Positions 24,314 to 33,140 of a stretch of 64,000 nucleotides of DNA are shown piece by piece. This DNA is from an uncultured Dehalococcoidia bacterium (GTDB taxonomy: Bacteria; Chloroflexota; Dehalococcoidia; Lucifugimonadales; UBA3495), in contig CATQHB010000002.1 in NCBI GenBank assembly GCA_958295765.1, positions 816,091-880,090 of the forward strand. Reading direction: 5' to 3'. A model generated the notes under the pieces. It was not told where the DNA came from, searched no databases, and saw nothing but the letters and a program-made list of their open reading frames with translations. Within the stretch, counting starts at the first letter, position 1. Every line of letters begins with the position of its first letter. Made by a program: the position numbers and the translations under genes.

Positions 24314-26188
24314 TTACTCGTGCTGTTCTAAACTGGCCCACTGCCGCCATCCCTCTTGTAGGCCGGTCCTGATTCTGATAATGTCGTACTCTGGCAATGG
24401 GCGTACCGCGATACAGCGGTCACCGATGCGCTGTCCATAATCGCCAAAAATGAAGTAAAGGTTGTCAAAGCCGTACTGCTGGCGATAGTCCGGTAGGTCA
24501 TCCCGGTTAACCGGGTCTATGTGCAGAAAGAACGTGGACTCCAGATCCTCCTGCTGGCAGGGATTTTGTACGTAGATCAAGTTTCTTTCCTCATCGCTTT
24601 CCTCAATATACACGGCATAGCTAAAACTGGTTACCTGCTCTTGCTCGCCGATTATTTTGTCCACCCTCTCCGCAAGAATTTCTTGTCTGACCCGGCGCTC
24701 CGAGTCCAATATGCCGGTGTGTTGCGGATCGATGATTTGGATTTGTCCTGAAAACGTAACCAGGTAAAGTAGCCCGTCCTTTTCCAGGATAGCGGTAACA
24801 TGGCTGGGAGTGTAGTTGAATATACGAGTTGGGGTAAAGGTTTCGTAGTCGAACCGGTCAATCACAAAACCGGTGTCGTACGCGCCGATAGCTAGGTAGG
24901 CTACGTAAACGCCCTGTTCGTTGGCATAGGCAACGGTGGAAGCAGCGCCTTGCAGCATGGCTAACGGCTCGGTTACCCCGGCTTCCGGCGGCGCTTCGCC
25001 AGTGCCGTAGTAGGGATAGCCGTAGAACCCGCCTTCTACTATAGCGTTCACTTCCTCTAATTGGCCTTTCGTCGCCAACCCGTCCTCTACGGCATTGTCG
25101 GCTCCGTAAATCTTGCCGTCCGGGCCGATAGATATGCCGTAGGTATTGCGGAAGCCGGTAGCATAGACCTCGACGGCGTCGGTTTGCCCGGCATCGTTGG
25201 GACGGAAGCGGGCAATTGTCCCCATCAAGTCGGTGCGCCCTCCGGCGGCGGCAAGTTGGTCCACTGCCTGGATAATATGTCCGCCATCCGGTTGAGGCTG
25301 ACCTTCAGCGGGATGCCCAATGCTGACATATACGTACTCGCCATCATTGACCAACCCGTTGGGGCTATGGTCGCGACCGACGCTCAACAGCTTGTCCACC
25401 ACCACTTGCCGGTCAGCGAGGGCGCCGTCCTCGCCGATGCGGTAAGACAGGATTTGTGCGCTGGAGCGACTTAGCAAATCGATACGGGAGCGGTCGGATG
25501 CCCGGCATTGGGTTATTTCCTGTTCGGTCTCGAACAATCCACAAACATTGCCCATATCCGATACGTAAAGCCGTCCGTCCAGCACCGTCAAACCCTGAGG
25601 AACGCTCAAGCCCTCCAGCACGGTTTCCACTTCACCGGTTTCCACATTCAGCAACAGGACGCGGCCTTCCCAGCCGGCCAGATACATCCGGTCATCGTCC
25701 AGCCAGGTCGCCGCCGTTAGTTGACCGCCCGGTTCCAGCAGCCCGCAATCGCCGTATTCCTCGCAAGGCCCGGCCGGCGCCGGGGTAGCAGCCGGTGTTA
25801 AGGCAGTGTCGGTAGGGGCATCCGTATTGGATGTCGGAACAGAGGTTTGAGGGGAGGGGGTAGAAATAGAAACATCAGAAACCGTTGCGGCGGGAGGGGC
25901 AACGACGGAGGAGACAACGGTCAGGGTAGGTTGCTCGGGAGGGGCAACCATAGGAGCAGCAACGGTCGGGGCGGGTTGCTCAGGAGTGTCAACGATGGGG
26001 GCGGCAACGGTCGGGGCGGATTGCTGCGGCGTCTCAGTCAATCCTCCCGGAACAGGAGCCGGTTCCGGCGTGTCGCTGCACCCTAAAGCAAAAACGGTAA
26101 CAGTCAACGCCATCAGCAGCAGAAATTTCTGCCACCCAATTACTCTGGCTTTTCTGGCCCACCGGCCTTGCAATCCGGGCCGCCTCAA
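24314..26188 (-). CDS. Lipoprotein, tandem paralog 1 of 22423..24312
   Basis: 624 aa with the same architecture (lipobox FALGC; YATGFRNTYGISIGPDG). TTG start immediately after the rpmB stop. Confidence 0.65.
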   Translation of the reverse strand: MRRPGLQGRWARKARVIGWQKFLLLMALTVTVFALGCSDTPEPAPVPGGLTETPQQSAPTVAAPIVDTPEQPAPTVAAPMVAPPEQPTLTVVSSVVAPPAATVSDVSISTPSPQTSVPTSNTDAPTDTALTPAATPAPAGPCEEYGDCGLLEPGGQLTAATWLDDDRMYLAGWEGRVLLLNVETGEVETVLEGLSVPQGLTVLDGRLYVSDMGNVCGLFETEQEITQCRASDRSRIDLLSRSSAQILSYRIGEDGALADRQVVVDKLLSVGRDHSPNGLVNDGEYVYVSIGHPAEGQPQPDGGHIIQAVDQLAAAGGRTDLMGTIARFRPNDAGQTDAVEVYATGFRNTYGISIGPDGKIYGADNAVEDGLATKGQLEEVNAIVEGGFYGYPYYGTGEAPPEAGVTEPLAMLQGAASTVAYANEQGVYVAYLAIGAYDTGFVIDRFDYETFTPTRIFNYTPSHVTAILEKDGLLYLVTFSGQIQIIDPQHTGILDSERRVRQEILAERVDKIIGEQEQVTSFSYAVYIEESDEERNLIYVQNPCQQEDLESTFFLHIDPVNRDDLPDYRQQYGFDNLYFIFGDYGQRIGDRCIAVRPLPEYDIIRIRTGLQEGWRQWASLEQHE

Positions 26189-26392
26189 CTAAACCCCCGC
26201 CCGGTCGCGGTTCCGCGGCGGCTTATGGAGGGTACGCAGGCAGCGGCTGCAAATCTTGACCCGCTGCACCTTGCCACCCAGAACTATGGTCTGCTTGTGA
26301 ACGTTAGCCTTGAACCGGGTCTTGGTATGCCGGTTAGAGTGGCTGACGTTGTTGCCGGTCATCCCGGCCTTTTTGCAAATCTGACACTGCAT
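26189..26392 (-). CDS. rpmB: 50S ribosomal protein L28
   Basis: 67 aa. MTGNNVSHSNRHTKTRFKANV is a typical L28 core. Confidence 0.9.
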   Translation of the reverse strand: MQCQICKKAGMTGNNVSHSNRHTKTRFKANVHKQTIVLGGKVQRVKICSRCLRTLHKPPRNRDRAGV

Positions 26393-26424
26393 AGCTGTTA
26401 AGTACGTCCTTTAGAGTGCCATAC

Positions 26425-26453
26425 AGATTACCACACCGGCGGGCAGCAAACAA
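26425..26453 (-). promoter_or_regulatory. Sigma-70-like promoter of rpmB (TTGTTT-17-TAATCT)
   Basis: On the minus strand, the -35 is at 26453..26448 and the -10 at 26430..26425, about 30 nt upstream of the rpmB ATG. Confidence 0.45.
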
Positions 26454-26494
26454 GCGGGGCGGGCCACCAACTTCTCCTGGCTTGACCTTCTTTT

Positions 26495-26689
26495 TTATCC
26501 ACGAATTTATCCACGAAGGGCACGAAGGGGCACGAATAGTTTTTACTGATGGGTGAACGATGTCCAGGCTGTCGCTCATGGTGAGCAGTGGTTAGGTCTG
26601 GCTTATTCCTTTACCCCTATCGGTAAACAAAAAAAACCTTCGTGCCCCTTCGTGCCCTTCGTGGATCCCTTTGTGCCCTTCGTGGATAA
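26495..26689. repeat. Large inverted repeat (perfect 28-bp core, about 45-50-bp arms) around a 102-bp spacer
   Basis: ATCCACGAAGGGCACGAAGGGGCACGAA at 26509-26536 is the exact reverse complement of 26639-26666. The arms are built from CACGAAGGG subrepeats. Confidence 0.85.
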
Positions 26690-26773
26690 AGTTGCGCCCT
26701 ACCGGTGAATGGGGCATAATGCCCCGGAACCGCTGCGGTGGTTGCCGTTACTTTTGCCGGGAGGAAAGGGACT

Positions 26774-27721
26774 ATGCCGGGACAGATTCCAACGGAAGAG
26801 GAAGTGCTGGGCTATTTTCAGAAGTTTTCCAACTGGGGCCGCTGGGGTGATGATGACGAACTGGGCACCCCGAACCTGATTACGCCGGAAAAGACCCGCC
26901 GCGCCCTGGCTACGGTGCAGGAAGGGGTTACCGTTTCCCTGGCCCGCACCGTTCAGTTCGAGCCGAGCCTGGACGCGCCGGCGCCGCCGGTTCACTTTAT
27001 GGTGGAGAGCGGCGAGGGCTGGGCCAGCGGCGACAAGGTCAGCAATCGGCCCAACGCCGCCGCCATTGACTACTTCGGGATGATTTTCCACGGCTACACC
27101 GTTACCCACGTGGACAGCCTGGCCCATTTCTTTTGGGACGGGAAAACCTACAACGGCAAGCCGGCCCACCTGGTTTCCACCGGCCTGGGGGCCACCGTCT
27201 GCTCGGTAGAGGCGGCCAAAAACGGCTTTATGACCCGGGGCGTCCTGGTGGACGTGCCAATGGTGCGCGGCGTGGACTGGCTGGAACGGGGCGAAGGGGT
27301 AATGCCCGAGGACATCCTGGCCGCCGAAGAACGCTGCGGTTTCCGGGTGGAAGAGGGGGATATTCTGCTGGTACGCACCGGCCAGTTGCATCGGCGCAAC
27401 GTGGAAGGCCCGGTAGAACGCTCGGCCGGTTCTACGGCCTGCCAGGCCGCCTGCCTGCCCCTGTTCCACGAGCGGGGCATCGCCGTCCTCGGCTCCGACA
27501 CCGGCAACGACGTCAGCCCGGCCCAATACTCCCGGGTGCTGCAACCCATCCACCAAGTAGGGATTACCGCTATGGGCCTGTGGATTCTGGACAATGCCAA
27601 CCTGGAGGACGTGGCGGAGGCGTGCCGCCAGCGCAACCGCTGGGATTTTCTGGTGTCCATCGGGCCGCTGCGCCTGCACAACACCACCGGCTCCCCGGTT
27701 AATCCCATTGCCGTATTTTAG
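26774..27721 (+). CDS. Cyclase-family protein (kynurenine-formamidase-like fold)
   Basis: FHGYTVTHVDSLAHF fits the HxxxxxHxDxxxH cyclase motif. ATG at 26774 with a GGAGGA SD is preferred over 26738. Confidence 0.75.
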   Translation: MPGQIPTEEEVLGYFQKFSNWGRWGDDDELGTPNLITPEKTRRALATVQEGVTVSLARTVQFEPSLDAPAPPVHFMVESGEGWASGDKVSNRPNAAAIDYFGMIFHGYTVTHVDSLAHFFWDGKTYNGKPAHLVSTGLGATVCSVEAAKNGFMTRGVLVDVPMVRGVDWLERGEGVMPEDILAAEERCGFRVEEGDILLVRTGQLHRRNVEGPVERSAGSTACQAACLPLFHERGIAVLGSDTGNDVSPAQYSRVLQPIHQVGITAMGLWILDNANLEDVAEACRQRNRWDFLVSIGPLRLHNTTGSPVNPIAVF

Positions 27722-27781
27722 GCCGGGATTCCCCCGGAGACGCCGCAACCCGGATGCTGGTGGTGAAAAAAGGAGGGCATT

Positions 27782-27982
27782 ATGACTTCGTATCCTGACG
27801 CCATAACCCTGGACGACTTTCGGGTAATTGCCCAGCGGGCCGGGCTGGAACTGAACCCGGAGGAACTGGAACGGTTGCTGCCAATGTACCAAAACCTGGT
27901 AGGCCAGTTGGCCGCGCTCCACGATCCGGAACTGCCCCTGGCCGAACCGGCGGACATCTTTGTCCCCGACTGGTCGGAGTAA
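27782..27982 (+). CDS. GatC/AtzG-like small subunit associated with an amidase
   Basis: 66 aa. AAGGAGG SD. GatC-like pattern (VAQRAGLELNPEELERLLPMYQNLVGQLAAL...EP) directly upstream of an amidase-signature gene. Confidence 0.6.
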   Translation: MTSYPDAITLDDFRVIAQRAGLELNPEELERLLPMYQNLVGQLAALHDPELPLAEPADIFVPDWSE

Positions 27983-27983
27983 G

Positions 27984-28197
27984 GGTATTCCCAACATTTG
28001 TTGGTATTCCTTGCCCGGCCCGGCTCCGGCGGATTGTAGGGGCGGGTTTGTAACCCGTCCTGGCCGGGGCGCAGGAAGGTGCAGGAATAGATCAGCTATA
28101 TTGCACCCGTTTTCCGGGCGGTCTTTGCCATTGAACGCCGGGCAGGTTACAAACCCGCCCCTACCCCGATGATACTGCCAATGAATGGGGTGATACC
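27984..28197. mobile_element. Family-c MITE (214 bp) with 8-bp TSD (one mismatch)
   Basis: TIRs GGTATTCCCAAC... / ...GGTGATACC. Flanks are GGAGTAAG at 27976-27983 and GGAATAAG at 28198-28205. Confidence 0.75.
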
Positions 28198-28309
28198 GGA
28201 ATAAGGCGGGTCGGGATAGATCGGCTGATGGTGAATTTGCCGAACCACCCGGCGCAAACTGGTCAATAATCAACGATAAACGATAAAGGAACGCTAGAGG
28301 GAGGACGCC

Positions 28310-29716
28310 ATGACCGCAACTCCGACGGAACTTTGTTATATGACCATCGCCCAGGCCGCGCCGCTGCTGCGGGACGGGCAGTTGTCGCCGGTAGAGTTGA
28401 CGCGGGCCTTTCTGGAGCGAATTGAGGCGATTGACGGCCGGCTCAATTCCTATGTAACCCTGCTGCCAGAGCGGGCCTTGGCCCAGGCGCGGGCCGCCGA
28501 GGCGGAAATTCTGCGGGGCGACTATCGCGGGCCGCTGCACGGCATCCCCATTGGCCTCAAGGACCTGTATGATACCGCCGGCATCCTGACCACTGCTATG
28601 TCCCGCGTTACCCCGGACCGGGTGCCGACCGAGGACGCCACCACCGTGGCCCGGCTGAACCAGGCGGGAACCATCCTGCTGGGCAAGTTGGCAATGCACG
28701 AGTTCGCCCTGGGCGGCCCGGACTTTACCAGCCTCTTTCCGCCGGCGCGCAACCCCTGGAATCTGGCCCATATTCCCGGCGGTTCCAGCAGCGGCTCCGG
28801 CGCGGCGGTGGCTGCCGGGCTTTGCATGGGCGCCTTGGGTTCCGACACCGGCGGTTCCATCCGCGGCCCGGCCTCGATGTGCGGCATCGTCGGCATCAAA
28901 CCCACCTATGGCCGGGTCAGCAACTTCGGCGTAGTTCCCCTGTCCTGGTCGCAAGACCACTGCGGCCCGATGACCTGGACGGTGGCGGACAACGCCCTGA
29001 TGCTCCAGTCCCTGGCCGGGCATGACCCCAAAGACCCGACCACTTCCACCGCGCCGGTTCCCGACTATTCCGCCGCTTTGCGGGACGGCATTGCCGGAAT
29101 GACCATCGGCGTGCCGCGCCGCTACTTCTTTGAGGCCGGGCCGGACGTGGAACCGGAAACCCTGGCCGCCATCGAAGGGGCGCTGGAGGTTATGGCCGAG
29201 TTGGGCGCCACGGTGCGGGACGTGGACCTACCCCACGTAGAGCAGTCCCGCGCCGCCAATCAGACCATTATGATGGGCGAGGCTTTTGCCTACCACGAGC
29301 ATAACCTGAAAACCCGCCGGCAGGACTACGGCGCCATGGTGCGCGACCGTTTCCTGCTGGGCGGGATGCTGACCATCAGCGACTACGTGCAGGCCCAGCG
29401 GGTGCGGAGTCTCATCAAGCGGGAGATGGCCGATGCGCTGCGGGAGGTGGACGTGCTGGTAACTCCGACGTCGCCCAAACCGGCGGCGGCGCTGGAGGGC
29501 TACTCCGGCGGGGCCACACTGACCGGCCCCAGCTTTACCGGCCCCTTCAACGCCAGTGGAATCCCGGCTATTTCAACGCCCGGCGGCTTCTCCTCCGACG
29601 GCCTGCCCATCGGCCTCCAGATTGCCGGCAAGCCTTTCGACGAAGCCACAGTGCTGCGGGTAGCCTACGCCTACGAACAGGCGGCCCGCTGGTTTGAGCG
29701 AAGGCCGGAGGTTTAG
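28310..29716 (+). CDS. Amidase-signature enzyme (GatA/AtzE-like)
   Basis: 468 aa. GGSSSGSGAAVAAG signature and an upstream catalytic Lys region. Confidence 0.9.
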   Translation: MTATPTELCYMTIAQAAPLLRDGQLSPVELTRAFLERIEAIDGRLNSYVTLLPERALAQARAAEAEILRGDYRGPLHGIPIGLKDLYDTAGILTTAMSRVTPDRVPTEDATTVARLNQAGTILLGKLAMHEFALGGPDFTSLFPPARNPWNLAHIPGGSSSGSGAAVAAGLCMGALGSDTGGSIRGPASMCGIVGIKPTYGRVSNFGVVPLSWSQDHCGPMTWTVADNALMLQSLAGHDPKDPTTSTAPVPDYSAALRDGIAGMTIGVPRRYFFEAGPDVEPETLAAIEGALEVMAELGATVRDVDLPHVEQSRAANQTIMMGEAFAYHEHNLKTRRQDYGAMVRDRFLLGGMLTISDYVQAQRVRSLIKREMADALREVDVLVTPTSPKPAAALEGYSGGATLTGPSFTGPFNASGIPAISTPGGFSSDGLPIGLQIAGKPFDEATVLRVAYAYEQAARWFERRPEV

Positions 29717-29810
29717 GAGAGATTACTGGATATTAGGTGTGAACAAATGTGCTTGCCGGCTATTCGCAGTGGTGATATTCTTTTGTTGGTGAAAGAGTGT
29801 GGAGGTGGTT

Positions 29811-30661
29811 ATGGCTGGACCTGTTTGCATTTCGGTAATCAATATGAAGGGTGGTGTCGGCAAGACTACTATCGCGGCTTTGGTGGGGTGGCACGCCGCC
29901 CGGAATCGTAATTGCCAAGTTCTGGTTATCGATTTAGACCCGCAAGCGAACCTGTCTCAAGCTCTGCTGAGGGATGGCTATAGACAGTTCCTGAACAACA
30001 AATCGCCTTCGATAGTTGAGATATTCCATGGGTATCAGCCTCCGACAACCGGTACGGCGACAACAAGTGCGCTGGATTTGAGTGAAGTAGTTCGGAATAC
30101 AACCCATAGGAACCTGAAAGTTATACCTTCGCGGTTTGATTTTTCTGACAATCTCGTCAGCGCAATTAAACCTGACTCACGAATCCTGGCGAGACTTATC
30201 GCCAATAACTTTCAGGACAAAGACCTTATCATCATAGACTGCGCCCCGACGGAATCGGTGTTTACTCAGGCAGCGTATCATGCCTCCCGTATATACTGGT
30301 TCCTGTACGCCCTGAGTTTTTTGCAACCATCGGTTTTCCATTGCTAAATGATTCTCTGAATACCTTTAAGAACGCCAATCGAGGACATCAAATTGACGTG
30401 CTTGGTGTAGTAATAAACAATGCGACCTACAACGGAGGGAACGACGGAGGCCCGGAGAAGGCGAGGGCTATGGGAGAGATAAGGGAGGAGGCGGGAAAGA
30501 ACGAATGGCACATATTTGAGAATGAACTGCCTTATTCTCGGGGGTTCCCGAAAATTATGCGAGGTGATACTAACTGGCTTGGAAATTCCCGGCGCTCGTT
30601 TGATCGATTTGCAACAGAGTTATTTAATATGCCCGAACTTGGCGAACTTCATATTGGGTAA
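29811..30661 (+). pseudogene. ParA/Soj-like P-loop ATPase interrupted by a 1-nt frameshift
   Basis: Deviant Walker A NMKGGVGKTT. The frame changes at about 30289-30296 within GTATATAC, and the -1 frame continues with the expected YILVPVRPEFFATIGF. AT-richer islet. Confidence 0.7.
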
Positions 30662-30673
30662 GAGTGAAAGCAA

Positions 30674-31180
30674 ATGGCTATAATTCAAGATGCACTTAAA
30701 GATACGTTGCGCTTTATGGTCCACCAGTATGGATTTGAGGAGGTTGATCGCTCTTTGCGGGAGATTAAGCTCGCCGACAGTCAACTGGAAAGCTCCGGGC
30801 AAAGTGAAGGGCTGCTCAATAAAGTCGTATTGGCAAGGGCTGCCAGCCAGCGCGCTAAACCCACTGCGCCGGTGTACGTTGCCAAGATGGAACTGCCGGC
30901 CGATACAGTGGCAGCGGTATCAGAGTTGGCCCAAAGGTTTGAGGATAAGGCTTTCCTGCCTTCCTTTGGCGATGTTGCCAACTTCTGCCGGATTTATGGC
31001 ATTGACGAACCGGTTTCCAGATCTCGCGCCAGTGCCATTCCCAGGGTTTTCAAGTTCATGGCAACAATGCAAGCCGATGAGCTTCAGGGGATACTGGATG
31101 ACGGTATGTTCTCCGGGCCAGCCCGTTTGGGGCCTATTGCGGACGCAATTCGGCGCAACGGCAGGGCCAATGCTGTGTGA
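30674..31180 (+). CDS. Hypothetical protein downstream of the ParA-like gene
   Basis: 168 aa with no recognisable motif. An alternative overlapping frame (30690..31187) looks less protein-like. Confidence 0.4.
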   Translation: MAIIQDALKDTLRFMVHQYGFEEVDRSLREIKLADSQLESSGQSEGLLNKVVLARAASQRAKPTAPVYVAKMELPADTVAAVSELAQRFEDKAFLPSFGDVANFCRIYGIDEPVSRSRASAIPRVFKFMATMQADELQGILDDGMFSGPARLGPIADAIRRNGRANAV

Positions 31181-31202
31181 ACCCTGATCCCTTACCCTTT
31201 TT

Positions 31203-32564
31203 CTATATGTAGTCCGCCGGCCGCAGGTCAACCCCCAACGCCCCCTCACACCAACGGGCTACGCCCAGCAGCTTGCCTTCCTCGAAAGGCGGGGCGGCGA
31301 ACTGGACTCCTAACGGCAGCCCGTCCTCGCTCAGTCCCGAAGGTATGACTACCGTAGGCAGGCCGGCGGAAGTCCAGGGAGCTTGAAAGGCGGCGTCGCC
31401 GGTGGTGTTCAAGTCCCGGGGCGCTGGCGCGGGGGTGGCTGGGGTCAGCAGGGCATCCACCCGTTGGGCCAACCCGGTCAAGTCCTGCCGGAATTGACGG
31501 CGCAGACGCTGGGCTTGCAGGTAGGTTACGCTGGGGATGAGCAGGCCCATTTCGATGTTGGCCCGCAGCCGGGGGCCGTACTCGTCAGCCCGGTGGCGGA
31601 AAAACTCCTCGTGAAAGGCGGCGCACTCCACGTTCATTATGATGCGCTGGCAATCGGGCGCGGTGGCAAAGCTCTCCGGTAATTCCAGCTCTTCAATAAC
31701 CGCCCCGGCCTGGGCCAGTTGCCCGGCAACTGCCTCGGTGTGCTGGCGCACCTCCGGCGTGGCCCGGTCAAAGAAGTAGCCCTTGTTCAGCAGACCCAGG
31801 CGGGGCGGCCCGGCGTTGCTGTCCATTTCCCGCCGGTAGTCCGGTACGGGCCGGTTAGCCGAGCCGGGGTCGTTGGCGTCGTACCCGGCCATGGCCTGGA
31901 GCAGCAGGGCGGCGTCGGTTACGCGGCGCACCAGGATGCCCACCGTGTCCAGCGACCAGCTAACCGGAATCACCCCGTAGCGGCTGATGCGTCCGTAAGT
32001 CGGTTTCAGCCCCACAATGCCATTGTAGGCGGCGGGGCGGCAGGTGGAACCGCCGGTCTGGGAACCCAGGGCGGCGGGACACATACCGGAGGCCACCGCC
32101 ACCGACGACCCGCTGCTGGAACCGCCGGGCGTGTGTTCCCGGTTCCAGGGGTTGCGGGTCGGCGACGGGTCCGAAGTGGCGAACTCAGTGGTTACCGCCT
32201 TGCCCAGGATGACGGCCCCGGCCTCTTTCAAGCGGGCAACGCAGGTGGCATCGTAGTCGGGAACAAAGTCGGCGTAGATGCGGGAACAGGCGGTAGTCTT
32301 CATCCCGGCGGTGTAGAAAATGTCCTTCAGGCCCACCGGCACGCCGTGGAGCCAGCCCGGCGTTTCCCCCGACTCCAATTGCAACTCCCGCTGCCGGGCG
32401 GTATCCAGGACCTCCTCCCGGTCAATAGTTACCCAGGCTTGCAGGGCCGGTTCGTAAGTGTCAATCCGCTCCAGCAGGGCCTCGGCGTAGGCGCTGGGGG
32501 AAAGTTGGCCCTGGCGTATCTGCTCGGCGGCCTCGCTGACGCTAAGGGTGTGAGAGTCGGCCAT
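31203..32564 (-). CDS. Amidase-signature enzyme (second, convergent copy)
   Basis: 453 aa. GGSSSGSSVAVASG signature. Confidence 0.9.
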   Translation of the reverse strand: MADSHTLSVSEAAEQIRQGQLSPSAYAEALLERIDTYEPALQAWVTIDREEVLDTARQRELQLESGETPGWLHGVPVGLKDIFYTAGMKTTACSRIYADFVPDYDATCVARLKEAGAVILGKAVTTEFATSDPSPTRNPWNREHTPGGSSSGSSVAVASGMCPAALGSQTGGSTCRPAAYNGIVGLKPTYGRISRYGVIPVSWSLDTVGILVRRVTDAALLLQAMAGYDANDPGSANRPVPDYRREMDSNAGPPRLGLLNKGYFFDRATPEVRQHTEAVAGQLAQAGAVIEELELPESFATAPDCQRIIMNVECAAFHEEFFRHRADEYGPRLRANIEMGLLIPSVTYLQAQRLRRQFRQDLTGLAQRVDALLTPATPAPAPRDLNTTGDAAFQAPWTSAGLPTVVIPSGLSEDGLPLGVQFAAPPFEEGKLLGVARWCEGALGVDLRPADYI

Positions 32565-32605
32565 GATTTCCTCCGAATCTTCTTGGTTTGAGAAGGGATA
32601 GAAAG

Positions 32606-32809
32606 CTATTGGTAAAACCCCGGTTCGGTTTCCGTATCCGGCAGGTTGTTGGACACCAGGGTCGCGTACTCTGCCGCCAACTCTAAGAGGGCGCGGTTCC
32701 GGTCAACATAATCCGCTCCCCAGCGGGCCTCGGCTTGCGCGGTCAGTTGGCGCAGGATGGATTCTTGGGAAATATCCGGCGTAGTATCCGCCATATCAAC
32801 CTCTTTCAT
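32606..32809 (-). CDS. Small amidase-associated protein (GatC/AtzG/DUF4089-like)
   Basis: 67 aa directly upstream of the amidase. The internal ATG at 32794 has a better SD. Confidence 0.5.
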   Translation of the reverse strand: MKEVDMADTTPDISQESILRQLTAQAEARWGADYVDRNRALLELAAEYATLVSNNLPDTETEPGFYQ

Positions 32810-32908
32810 AGCAACTGGTCTTTACGTCCCTAGTTTACCCTAAATCGGGCCGGGCCGGTGCAAAGTGGAGTTACATTGAAAGTTCAATGTCATTCCTAAA
32901 AATTCTGT

Positions 32909-33020
32909 GTCATTCCGAGCGGAGCGAGGAATCTAAACTCCGGCATAAGCGAGATTTCTGCCGGAACCGAAAGATGGTAAGGGCTTGGCATTTTGGATTC
33001 CTCCCTGCGGTTGGAATGAC
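32909..33020. repeat. Family-d palindromic element
   Basis: GTCATTCCGAGCGGAGCGAGGAATCTAAA ... TTTGGATTCCTCCCTGCGGTTGGAATGAC. Confidence 0.85.
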
Positions 33021-33140
33021 CGGCTAAGCGGTGGCATTGACTTGACGCCGGCCCGGCCCCGATTGACCTTGCCCCATATACTTGTCATAATCGGGGACGA
33101 ATCCCCGTACATCCATATCTGACGCAAGAGGAGGCCAGCC

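Noticed and set aside
26699-29023. 774-aa ORF on the minus strand spanning the cyclase, GatC-like and amidase genes and a MITE
   Set aside because: It is antisense to three well-supported genes and crosses an intergenic MITE. Its Gly/Arg/Pro/Ala/Gln-rich composition carries no motifs. This is a typical high-GC shadow ORF.
30285-30300. Programmed -1 ribosomal frameshift in the ParA-like gene
   Set aside because: There is no X XXY YYZ slippery heptamer and no obvious downstream stimulatory structure. A 1-nt indel in a TATATA run, whether a mutation or a sequencing error, is the simpler explanation.
30690-31187. Alternative 165-aa frame overlapping 30674..31180
   Set aside because: Its Cys/Trp/Pro/Ser-rich composition is unlike the rest of the proteome. 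The 30674 frame starts at an ATG with an upstream purine-rich stretch and looks like a normal soluble protein. The choice remains uncertain.
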